From assembly GCA_024228935.1 (NCBI GenBank), contig JAAESX010000032.1, forward strand, positions 25,043 through 89,042: a stretch of 64,000 nucleotides of DNA, in the 5' to 3' direction. The notes below the pieces were generated by a model. That model had not been told where the DNA came from and did no database searches. It saw nothing but the letters and a program-made list of their open reading frames with translations. This DNA comes from Pseudomonadota bacterium (GTDB lineage: Bacteria; Myxococcota_A; UBA796; CAJQPC01). Made by a program: the position numbers and the translations under genes. Positions 35,882-43,231 of this stretch are shown in pieces (within the stretch, counting starts at the first letter, position 1; each line of letters begins with the position of its first letter).

Positions 35882-35896
35882 TGGCACACGGCTTGC
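35882..35896 (+). promoter_or_regulatory. sigma-54 (-24/-12) promoter candidate
   Basis: TGGCAC-acggc-TTGC matches the RpoN consensus TGGCAC-N5-TTGC exactly, with correct GG-to-GC spacing. It sits in a divergent intergenic region, 63 nt upstream of the GTG start at 35959. It was the only full match I found on either strand. Confidence 0.55.
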
Positions 35897-35958
35897 GCCG
35901 GCCCCAGGTGGGACAGGGCCGATCAGGCAGGTATCAGCTGGCCATACGGAGGTGTCTC

Positions 35959-36657
35959 GTGCTGCTCTTCGCGCTGGCTTGTGGTGGTGGAAATGTAGGG
36001 ATCGCGCCCGAGGATCGGGAGCCTCTCGGCGACACGGGCCAGGTCGAGGACACCGGTCCGGCCGTCCCGCTCGACGGCATGGGCACGATCACGGGGGACT
36101 GCGGCGAGCTGGACCACGACGAGTGGACGAGTGGCGACTCGTTCCGCTTCCGGAACGCCATCGAGCTCGACGGCTGGAACCCGGACGAGCTGTCGGACGA
36201 CGGCACCCGCATGTGGGAGGACGAGAACCTGGGCGGGTCGAGCAAGGAGTCCGAGGTCATCAGCCTCGAGGTGCTCTACCGCTGCGAGCTGGCCTCGCTG
36301 CTCAAGACCGAGCCCGAGATCGACTACGCCACCGAAGGCAAGAAGACCGACTGGCTGGGCGAGATCGACGCTCGCCGCGTCGGCGTGTCCGTGACCCGCG
36401 CGTTCCATTGGCCGCCCGAGGACCCGTACACGGTCGAGGAGGCCGACGATCTCCTGCGTGAGAAGTTCGCCGACGCGACCGAGGCCCACGGCAACGCGGC
36501 CAATCCGTGGGACCGGACCATCCTCCACGTCATCGCGTACGACAGCCAGTACGCGGACATGGTCGAGGAGGCGCACGACGCGCTGGGTGCCGGCGCGACC
36601 TCGGACCACATCCTGGTGGTGACCGTCTCGGATGGAGACGACGAGGAGCTGTACTAG
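35959..36657 (+). CDS. hypothetical lipoprotein
   Basis: GTG at 35959 is preceded by GGAGG at 35948-35952 and gives MLLFALAC (lipobox). The mature part is acidic (..GDCGELDHDEWTSGDSFRFRNAIELDGWNPDELSDDGTRMWEDE..). The upstream 89 aa of the track ORF are noise. Confidence 0.75.
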   Translation: MLLFALACGGGNVGIAPEDREPLGDTGQVEDTGPAVPLDGMGTITGDCGELDHDEWTSGDSFRFRNAIELDGWNPDELSDDGTRMWEDENLGGSSKESEVISLEVLYRCELASLLKTEPEIDYATEGKKTDWLGEIDARRVGVSVTRAFHWPPEDPYTVEEADDLLREKFADATEAHGNAANPWDRTILHVIAYDSQYADMVEEAHDALGAGATSDHILVVTVSDGDDEELY

Positions 36658-36708
36658 CTCGCGATGGGTCGACTGCTCGCGCGGGTCGAATGCTCGCGTG
36701 GGGCACGA

Positions 36709-36785
36709 CGTCAGGAGCCCCGAATCGTGAGCTCCAGGGCACGATTGGCCCCTCCTGCCCGTCAGGAGCCCCGAATCGTGAGCTC
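36709..36785 (+). repeat. two copies of a 26-bp direct repeat, 51 bp apart
   Basis: cgtcaggagccccgaatcgtgagctc occurs at 36709-36734 and again at 36760-36785 (identical). The region is intergenic. Confidence 0.95.
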
Positions 36786-36840
36786 GATTGCTCGATTGCT
36801 CGATTGCTCGATTGCTCGATTGCTCGATTGCTCGATTGCC
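36786..36840 (+). repeat. 8-bp tandem microsatellite (gattgctc) x 6.9
   Basis: There are six perfect copies of gattgctc plus gattgcc, directly abutting the second 26-bp repeat and about 110 nt upstream of the four-helix-bundle gene. Confidence 0.95.
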
Positions 36841-36899
36841 GGCGAACTGCGGTCTCTCCTTCGGTTCCTCCGGGGCCTCGTCGCCGGCCCCGACTGCGT

Positions 36900-36929
36900 C
36901 TTGAGGGGCCGGCGCCTCGGCCCCTCAAG
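36900..36929 (+). other. perfect 12-bp hairpin 20 nt upstream of the four-helix-bundle gene start
   Basis: cttgaggggccg-gcgcct-cggcccctcaag. No U-tract follows. It could be a terminator for the upstream lipoprotein gene or a 5-prime UTR structure. Confidence 0.4.
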
Positions 36930-36949
36930 AACCTGCGAGAGCCCTTCAG

Positions 36950-37270
36950 ATGCGCAGTCACTACTTCAACTTCGACAAGCTCGATGTCTTCCAGCTCGCC
37001 CTTCGGGTGAACGAAGAAGTCCTCGACATGACCTGGCCGCGCGGCCGGGCGCACCTCAAGGACCAGTCGGTTCGGGCCGCGGACAGCTTGGTCCTCAACC
37101 TCGCCGAAGGCTGGGAGCGGGGATGCAAGACCAACGCAGGGAAGAACCACTTCCGCATCGCGAAGGGAAGCGGGGCTGAGGTCTTCACCGCGATGACGCT
37201 GGTGCGGCGATCCGATCTGCAGGACGACCTGCGGCGGATCGACGCGATGCTGGCCGGGCTGCTGAGGTAG
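36950..37270 (+). CDS. four-helix-bundle protein (23S rRNA intervening-sequence protein / Avd-like family)
   Basis: 106 aa. FNFDKLDVFQLALRVNEEV..LKDQSVRAADSLVLNLAEGWERG..KNHFRIAKGSGAEVFTAM follows the family pattern (F.KL.V.Q.A..L; Q..RAA.S...NIAEG; F..IA.GS..E). Confidence 0.8.
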   Translation: MRSHYFNFDKLDVFQLALRVNEEVLDMTWPRGRAHLKDQSVRAADSLVLNLAEGWERGCKTNAGKNHFRIAKGSGAEVFTAMTLVRRSDLQDDLRRIDAMLAGLLR

Positions 37271-37277
37271 AGCGGCG

Positions 37278-37308
37278 CGTCTACGCCGACTCGCCGTCGG
37301 CGTAGACG
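37278..37308. terminator. bidirectional terminator-like hairpin between convergent genes
   Basis: cgtctacgccgac-tcgcc-gtcggcgtagacg forms a perfect 13-bp stem with a 5-nt loop. It lies 8 nt after the stop at 37270 and 33 nt from the stop of the minus-strand gene at 37341. Confidence 0.5.
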
Positions 37309-37340
37309 AAGCCGTCCATTGGAGTGCGGGCGGCTGGCGC

Positions 37341-37595
37341 TCAGTCGTCGTCCTCCTCGTCGAGGTCGTCGTCATCGTCGTCGAGGTCGGAGCCGGTGTC
37401 GTCTTCGAGCTCCTCGTCGCCCGTGTCGAGCTCCATCCCGGTGTCGTCGAGCACCTGGTCGGGGTCACCGGAGATGGGCGACCGCGTCGGCTCGGTGGCG
37501 GCGGTGTCGGCGAGCGGGGAGAGGCCGGTCTCGATGCAGGCGGTCGTGAGGAGCGCCAGGGCGGCGAGGGTCAGGGTCAGGCGGGCAGGGTGCAT
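37341..37595 (-). CDS. small highly acidic lipoprotein
   Basis: The internal ATG at 37595 gives MHPARLTLTLAALALLTTAC. The mature 64 aa end in DDTGSDLDDDDDDLDEEDDD. The leader is paralogous to that of the next gene. Confidence 0.7.
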   Translation of the reverse strand: MHPARLTLTLAALALLTTACIETGLSPLADTAATEPTRSPISGDPDQVLDDTGMELDTGDEELEDDTGSDLDDDDDDLDEEDDD

Positions 37596-37730
37596 CCAGT
37601 CTCCGTGTCGGGGTGCACTCACAGCCTCGCCACGTGACGCCTTCCCGGCTGTGCGTCAGACGACGCACGCCCCGAATCGGCCGTGGTGGTGGGCCGAGAC
37701 GGGGCGTGGGGGTGTCGGATGGCGTAGGGC

Positions 37731-38447
37731 CTAGTCCTCGCGCTCGTCCTCTTCGTCGTCGCGCTCGTCCTCTTCGTCGTCGCGCTCGTCGTCGTCTTCG
37801 AAGCAGTCTTCGACCCAGCCGTCCTCTTCGTCGTCGTCGCGCTCTTCGTCGTCGTCGCGCTCTTCGTCGTCGTCGCGCTCTTCGTCGTCGTCGCGCTCTT
37901 CGTCGTCGTCGCGCTCTTCGTCGTCGTCCCAGTCGGACTCGCAGTCCTCCTCGTAGATCTCGAGGTCCTCGAGCAGCTCCTCGATCTCCTCGCACGCGGC
38001 GTCCTGGATCTCGTCGGCCTCCTCGGCGGCCTCGTCGCGAAGCTCGCCCATCGACTCGTCGAACTCCTCCTCGAGCGCGCCGGCGGCCTCGTCGCACTCG
38101 CGCGTCCAGTCGTCGGCGCAGCGCTCGCGCAGGTCCTCCATGGCCTCGTCGAACTCCTCTTCGAGCTCGTCGTGCGCCTCGTCGACGTCGTCCTCGAGGT
38201 CCTCGAGTGCCTCGGCGCGCTCGTCGTCGATCTCCTCGTACCAGCCCTCGAGCTGCTCGCCCCACTCGTCGCACTCGTCGAGGCCGTCTTCGTCGCCTTC
38301 ACACTCCTCGGTGTCGGCGTCTTCGCACTCGCCGTCGGTCTCGACATCTTCGGTGCGGTCGGCGTCGGCCGAGCTGTCGACCTCGACGCAGGCGGTTCCG
38401 ATCAAGGCCAGCGCGGCCAGGGCAATCGTGAGTCTGGGGAGGGTCAT
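37731..38447 (-). CDS. highly acidic (about 50% D+E) Cys-containing lipoprotein with RDDDEE tandem repeats
   Basis: It has the leader MTLPRLTIALAALALIGTAC. The mature protein is D/E-rich with 10 Cys, and its C-terminus contains (RDDDEE)x5 and (ERDDEED)x2. The opposite-strand and off-frame ORFs here (37465..38274, 37613..38431, 37619..38347) are Arg/Ser shadows. Confidence 0.75.
   Translation of the reverse strand: MTLPRLTIALAALALIGTACVEVDSSADADRTEDVETDGECEDADTEECEGDEDGLDECDEWGEQLEGWYEEIDDERAEALEDLEDDVDEAHDELEEEFDEAMEDLRERCADDWTRECDEAAGALEEEFDESMGELRDEAAEEADEIQDAACEEIEELLEDLEIYEEDCESDWDDDEERDDDEERDDDEERDDDEERDDDEERDDDEEDGWVEDCFEDDDERDDEEDERDDEEDERED
37824..37928 (-). repeat. 18-bp in-frame tandem repeat x 5.8 inside the acidic lipoprotein gene
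   Basis: ctcttcgtcgtcgtcgcg is repeated perfectly five times (37824-37913) plus a 15-nt partial copy, encoding RDDDEE units. A separate 21-bp unit is duplicated at about 37741-37790. Confidence 0.95.
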
Positions 38448-38495
38448 CGGGGCTCCAACGGTGGTTCACGTCCAGCCTATGGCAGCTCGACCTGG

Positions 38496-38593
38496 GTGTA
38501 CTGGTCTTCGGTGAACAAAGCGTACTGGAGAACCAGTACAGATGCAGGTCGGGCTCGTAGACAGCGACATCATCGATGGCTACAGTGTACTGG
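38496..38593 (+). promoter_or_regulatory. cluster of GTACTGG motifs (candidate operator sites)
   Basis: gtgtactgg lies at 38496-38504. cgtactgg-agaa-ccagtac (a 7-bp inverted pair) lies at 38521-38539. gtgtactgg lies at 38585-38593, ending 2 nt before ATG 38596. The surrounding intergenic region has lower GC. Confidence 0.3.
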
Positions 38594-38595
38594 AT

Positions 38596-39420
38596 ATGGT
38601 CCCCGATCTCTTTGAATCACTCGACTACCGCGCCTGGCTGAGGGACTGGTACGAGGCTCGGAAGGCCGCGAACCCCCGGTTCTCGCATCGGGCCTTCGTA
38701 CGGCGGACCGGGCAGAAGTCACCGAGCCTGCTGGCCGACGTCATCGAAAGACGCCGGAACCTGACCCCCGAGCTCGTGGTCACCTTCGGCAAGGCGCTGA
38801 AGCTGTCGGCCGAGGAGCAGCGCTTCTTCGCTCTGCTGGTCGAGCTGGACCAGGCCAAGGACGCCGATGCGCGCAATGCGGCCTGGGAGCTCATCTCGGC
38901 CAGCCGGCGGTTCCGCGAGGCGCGTCGGGTCGAAGGTGCCAGCTTCGAGTACGTGGCCGAGTGGTGGTACCCGGCAATCCGCGAGCTGGCCCTGCGCGAG
39001 GACTTCGTCGACGACCCGGCCTGGGTCGCCCGGCAGCTCCACCCGACGATCTCCGTCGCCAAGGCGCGCCGCGCGCTCGTCACCCTCAAGGACCTCGGCA
39101 TGCTCGTCGAGGACGGGGACCGGTGGATCCAGGCCGAGGGCGCCGTCGTCACCCCCCGCGAGGTCCTGGGCCTGGCCGTCGACCGCTACCACCGCGGCAT
39201 GCTCGACCTGGCCCGCGAGGGCATCCGCGGCGTCTCCGCCAAGGAGCGTCACTACCTGGGCGTCACCGTCTGCATCCCGCAGTCGCTGGTGCCGAAGCTG
39301 AAGGCGGAGCTCAACGCGTTCACCGAGCGTCTGCTCGAGCTCTGCGACGGTGCCGAAGAGCCCGCCGAGCGCGTCTACCAGATGCAGCTCTCCCTGTTCC
39401 CGCTCTCGGAGGAGCCATGA
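38596..39420 (+). CDS. TIGR02147-like (DUF4423) family protein
   Basis: From ATG 38596 it reads MVPDLFESLDYRAWLRDWYEARKAANPRFSHRAFVRRTGQKSPSLLADVIERRRNL, the N-terminal pattern I associate with the TIGR02147 family (D-Y-R-x-[FW]-L-x-D-[WY]-Y). ATG 38542 is an alternative start. Confidence 0.65.
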   Translation: MVPDLFESLDYRAWLRDWYEARKAANPRFSHRAFVRRTGQKSPSLLADVIERRRNLTPELVVTFGKALKLSAEEQRFFALLVELDQAKDADARNAAWELISASRRFREARRVEGASFEYVAEWWYPAIRELALREDFVDDPAWVARQLHPTISVAKARRALVTLKDLGMLVEDGDRWIQAEGAVVTPREVLGLAVDRYHRGMLDLAREGIRGVSAKERHYLGVTVCIPQSLVPKLKAELNAFTERLLELCDGAEEPAERVYQMQLSLFPLSEEP

Positions 39421-40109
39421 TCCTGTTGTTGGCGTGCACCGGACAGCACGACGGAACCATCGTCGGCAATCCGGGCGACGCGATGGTCGTCCAAGCCGCG
39501 CCCAAGGGCATCGAGGTTGTCGAGGCCGAGATCCTGTGGGACGAACTCTCGCTGACCCCCTGCTCCGGCGAGGAGAACGAGGGGGTCGGGAGCGAGGACG
39601 AGTTCGTCCTCGGCGAGGATGTGCTTGAGCTCCCCGGCGGTAGCTGGTGTGGGGCCGCGTTCGGGCCGAGTGAGCTGTGGGTCGTGGGAACGATGGACGA
39701 GGTCGACGTCGAGGTGGAGCTGATCCTCGACCGTATCGACCTGGGCACCTCGGCGTTCACTGTCGATGGCGGCCAGTTCCTGTTCGAGCTGGGCGAGCCC
39801 GACTGGCTGGCGGCCGATTGGATCGACGAGCGGGACGACGTCCTGATCGATGAAGGGCACGACCTGCACGACACCCTGGCCGAAGCCATCCAGACTGGCT
39901 CCGGCCTGTACGCCGATGACGGCGACGGCGCGCTCTCCGAGGCGGAGCGGGACGCTGGTCCCCTGACGGCTGGACCGGACCGCGAGGTGCCCGAGCGCGA
40001 CACGGTCGGCGACACGGGAGAGCCCGACGACGACGGCGGATCCTGTGCCGTCGCGCCGGTCGGAGGGTTCTGGCTGCTGGGTCTGCTGCTGGTCCGAAGA
40101 CGCCGCTAG
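39417..40109 (+). CDS. acidic lipoprotein with MYXO-CTERM-like sorting tail
   Basis: ATG 39417 overlaps the upstream TGA (ATGA). It has the leader MILLLAC. The C-terminus GGSCAVAPVGGFWLLGLLLVRRRR has the layout Cys, hydrophobic helix, Arg cluster. Confidence 0.75.
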   Translation: MILLLACTGQHDGTIVGNPGDAMVVQAAPKGIEVVEAEILWDELSLTPCSGEENEGVGSEDEFVLGEDVLELPGGSWCGAAFGPSELWVVGTMDEVDVEVELILDRIDLGTSAFTVDGGQFLFELGEPDWLAADWIDERDDVLIDEGHDLHDTLAEAIQTGSGLYADDGDGALSEAERDAGPLTAGPDREVPERDTVGDTGEPDDDGGSCAVAPVGGFWLLGLLLVRRRR

Positions 40110-40893
40110 TTCTTGCCCGCCGTCTTCCCCGGGTCCAGCTCGAACGTGATGGTGTCCATCGGGGCCTGCTCGAGCGTGGCCTCCTCGAGCACACCGTCCC
40201 AGACGATCTCCATGTTCGCGAACTGCATGTCGGCGACCTTGGCCGGCACGTTGTAGACCAGCGTGAACTTGGTGTCGTCGCCGGGCTGCAGGACCTTGGT
40301 CTTGGCGCGCTTGTTGTTGTTGGCGAACTTCTGGCCCTCGACCTCGACGCTGGCCTTGCTCGGCGTGACGAAGCCCAGGCCCTCGCCCGTGTACGTGCAC
40401 TTGAAGTCGGCCTTGGTCTCCTTGGTCTCCTGCTTCAGGCCGGCCAGGTTGCACTCGAACGCACCGGCCTCGAAGTCGTTGACTGCGGCGGGCAGCTTGA
40501 AGTTGGGGGCCTCGACGTCGTTCATGGCCGTCGTCTTGTAGATGCCCGTGATGTCGAGCGTGAAGGCCTCGACGTGGAACTCGGTGCCGTCCTTGAACTC
40601 GACGGTGCGGCTGCCGGACTTCTTCGGCTCGAGCACCAGGTCTCCCTTCAAGAGCCCGGTCTGCGCCTGGTAGTCGCCGGCGTCGATGTGCAGCGTGGAC
40701 TCGCCCAGGCGGTAGACGACGTAGTCGTCGGTCTTGTTCGTGACCGTGGCCTTCATCTTCAGGAAGCCGACCTGCGCGTGGCGTCGGCGAACTGGACGGA
40801 CACGACCTCGGACTCGACAGGCGGCATGTCGGCGAAGTGGTTCTCGTGTCCTTCGTCCTCGGCGGCAGCGAAAGCGATGAGGGAAAGCAGCAT
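40106..40893 (-). pseudogene. secreted beta-sandwich protein gene with an apparent 1-nt frameshift after the signal peptide
   Basis: ATG 40893 encodes MLLSLIAFAAAEDEGHENHFADMPPVESEVVSVQFADATRRSAS-stop (40759-40761). The long ORF frame joins at QVGFLKMKATVTNKTDDYVVYRLGESTLHIDAG... (to 40106). The two frames meet at about 40775-40782. If the sequence is correct, the alternative is an ATG 40756 start without a signal peptide. Confidence 0.5.
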
Positions 40894-40981
40894 GTCGGTC
40901 TCCTGGGTGTCGGGGCCACGTCGACGCCCGAAGACGGACCGCTATTCCCTGGTTCGGGGTTATGCATGCCCCTGCCCGGAG

Positions 40982-41536
40982 ATGACCATGCTGATCACGC
41001 TTCTGACCCTGCCCGCGAGCGCCGAGCGCTACGCCTTCGACAACGACGACGGGGCCATCGGTTTCCAGATGGTCGCCACCCTGCACGAGATCGAGGGCGC
41101 CGCCACGAACTTCCAGGGCGAGCTGGATGTCGGCAAGCGAGCCACGCACACCGGCAAGATCACGGTCCAGTCCAACGCGCTGACGACCAATCTCGACATC
41201 CGCGACGAGCGGATGCACGGGTACGTGCTGGGTGTGGGCGAGTACCCCACGGTGACCTTCGACATCGCCGCCATCGACGGTGACGTGGCCGGGCTCGACA
41301 GCAAGAAGGGCAAGGGCGAGGTCGTGCTCAAGGGCCAGGTGACCATCCGCACGGTGACCAAGGACGTCGAGATCCCCGCGAAGTACGCCTGGGACGACGC
41401 TGGCAACCTGAGCATCGACACGAGCTGGGACACGGCCTGGACGAACTGGAACCTGCCCGACCCGAGCATCCTGATGTCGACGCTCTACCCGGAGCTCACG
41501 GTGAACGCGTCGGTCACGGCGTCGAAGGCGCCCTGA
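40982..41536 (+). CDS. YceI-like periplasmic lipid/polyisoprenoid-binding protein
   Basis: From ATG 40982 it reads MTMLITLLTLPASA-ERYAFDNDDGAIGFQMVATLHEIEGAATNFQGEL..GKITVQSNALTTNLDIRDERMHG..EYPTVTF, a YceI family pattern. The upstream 136 aa of the track ORF are noise. Confidence 0.85.
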   Translation: MTMLITLLTLPASAERYAFDNDDGAIGFQMVATLHEIEGAATNFQGELDVGKRATHTGKITVQSNALTTNLDIRDERMHGYVLGVGEYPTVTFDIAAIDGDVAGLDSKKGKGEVVLKGQVTIRTVTKDVEIPAKYAWDDAGNLSIDTSWDTAWTNWNLPDPSILMSTLYPELTVNASVTASKAP

Positions 41537-41606
41537 CCCACAGGACTCCCGTGGTCAGGCTCTCGTAGCGGCCGAGTTGACGGCCAACCCTCGCGCAAAC
41601 GGAGCC

Positions 41607-43112
41607 CTACTTCGCAGCCGTCCTCTCGGGGTACGGCACGATCTCGTCCATCCGCTTGATCTCGTGGTAGTCGACCACCTTCAGGATGTCGGCGCGTGAC
41701 AGCTCGCTGGCCTGCGAGTACCCGCACGCCGCCAGGATCTGCGCGAACTCCTTCATTACCGCGTGCTGGTAGTTAGCGGCCCGAGGTCCCTGCACCGACG
41801 GCACGAGCCCACGCTGCAGCCACGCGCTGTGCGTCGCCACCCCCGACGGGCAGAAGTTCGTGTTGCAGTGCAGCGCCTGGATGCAGCCGATCGACAGCAT
41901 GAAGCCGCGAGCCGAGCAGGCCCAGTCGGCCCCGGCCGCGAGCACCACCGCGAGCGCTCCGCCGGTGAACACCTTGCCGCTCGCCGCGATGCGGATGCGG
42001 TCGCGCAGCCCGTACTCGAGGAGCTTGTTCTCCGTCATCATGACGGCGTCCAGCATCGGGTACCCGAGCAGGTTCGTGTGGGCGAGAGGCGCCGCGCCCG
42101 TGCCGCCCTCGGCCCCATCGACGGCCAGGTAGTCGGGGGCGATGCCGGTATCGAGGATGGCCTGGCACAGGTCGTCCAGGAACCGAGGGTCGCCCAGGCA
42201 GAACTTCAGTCCGACCGGCTTGCGGGACAGCTGCTGGATCTTCTCGACGAAGTGGAGCATGCCCTCGGCGTCGTGCCACTCGGCGTGCCGCGGCGGCGAG
42301 ATCACGTCCTGACCCTGCGGCACGTTCCGGATGCGAGCGATCTCCGCCGTGATCTTCTCCTTCGGCAGGATGCCGCCCTTGCCCGGCTTGGCCCCCTGGC
42401 TGAGCTTGATCTCGATCATCCGGACCGACGGCAGCGCGGCCTTCTCGGTGAACATCTGCTCGTCGAAGCTTCCGTTGTTGGCCCGGGCTCCGAACTTGGC
42501 GGTGCCCAGCTGCCAGGTCAGGTCGCCGCCCGGCTCCAGGTGGTACGGCGAGATGCCGCCTTCGCCGGTGTTGTGGTAGTAGCCGCCCTTCTTCGCCCCT
42601 CGGTTCAGCGACAGGATGGCGCGCTTGCCGAGGCTCCCGAAGCTCATCGCCGAGACGTTGAACAGGTGCACGTCGTACGGCTGCTCGCAGGCCGGGTTGC
42701 TGCCGCACGGCACGCGGACCGGGTCGCTGTACTTGAGCTTGGGGTACGGCGAGTGGGCCATCAGGACGGTGCCAGGGGCCTCCAGGTCGAGCTGGGTCCC
42801 GAACGGCACCGTCGCGTCCTCGTTCAGGGCCGAGGCCTCGATCCACTTCCGGACGTACCGGGGAACCGGGCGCTCCTCGAGGTCGTTGGCGAATAGGTAC
42901 TGGCGCAGGGGCGGGCCCACGCTCGCCAGCGCGTACCGACCCATCGCCATGAGCGGGAAGTTGCGCTTGATGGGGTTCTGCCGCTGGAGGAGATCGCGGA
43001 GCGCCATCACCGAGAACACGCCCGCGAACGCCAGGAACAGCGCCATGCCCGGGTGCTCGGCGACGTAGAAGATCGGTATGAAGATGGCTTCGATGAAGCT
43101 GACGTACGGCAT
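41607..43112 (-). CDS. FMN-binding glutamate synthase family protein (GltB domain-2-like), membrane anchored
   Basis: It has an N-terminal TM pair, then SAMSFGSLG, HNTGEGG, KLSQGAKPGKGG and VDGAEGGTGAAP motifs characteristic of glutamate-synthase-related FMN oxidoreductases. Confidence 0.9.
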   Translation of the reverse strand: MPYVSFIEAIFIPIFYVAEHPGMALFLAFAGVFSVMALRDLLQRQNPIKRNFPLMAMGRYALASVGPPLRQYLFANDLEERPVPRYVRKWIEASALNEDATVPFGTQLDLEAPGTVLMAHSPYPKLKYSDPVRVPCGSNPACEQPYDVHLFNVSAMSFGSLGKRAILSLNRGAKKGGYYHNTGEGGISPYHLEPGGDLTWQLGTAKFGARANNGSFDEQMFTEKAALPSVRMIEIKLSQGAKPGKGGILPKEKITAEIARIRNVPQGQDVISPPRHAEWHDAEGMLHFVEKIQQLSRKPVGLKFCLGDPRFLDDLCQAILDTGIAPDYLAVDGAEGGTGAAPLAHTNLLGYPMLDAVMMTENKLLEYGLRDRIRIAASGKVFTGGALAVVLAAGADWACSARGFMLSIGCIQALHCNTNFCPSGVATHSAWLQRGLVPSVQGPRAANYQHAVMKEFAQILAACGYSQASELSRADILKVVDYHEIKRMDEIVPYPERTAAK

Positions 43113-43231
43113 GGGCGGGCTCCGGGCCCCGCCAGCCTACTCGACCTCGATGTACGTCCAGAACACGCGGGTCGTCACGCTCCGGACCCCACTGCTCGGG
43201 CAGCCTCGGGGGAGGCGACAAGGAGGGGTGG

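Noticed and set aside
36786-36840. Possible CRISPR array (regular repeats at 36709-36840 and 48612-48741).
   Set aside because: The units are 8 bp, or 28 bp abutting head-to-tail with no unique spacers. The 26-mers occur only twice. No cas genes are in the window.
36950-37270. Four-helix-bundle protein as the Avd component of a diversity-generating retroelement.
   Set aside because: No reverse transcriptase ORF, template/variable repeat pair or C-type-lectin-fold target gene lies adjacent. The CTLD gene at 50295 is 13 kb away and shows no TR/VR-like duplicate that I could see.
37465-38431. Arg-rich ORFs (269 aa minus, 272 aa plus, 242 aa minus) with striking RRRRA or TTKSA periodicity.
   Set aside because: The periodicity is the off-frame and antisense image of the RDDDEE 18-bp repeats in the acidic lipoprotein gene. 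Only the 37731..38447 frame has a signal peptide and lipobox.
40950-40966. Second sigma-54-like element (TGGTTCggggtTATGCA) upstream of the YceI gene.
   Set aside because: The -24 box departs from TGGCAC. The GG-to-GC spacing is one nucleotide too long, and the -12 box is TGCA without the TT in register.
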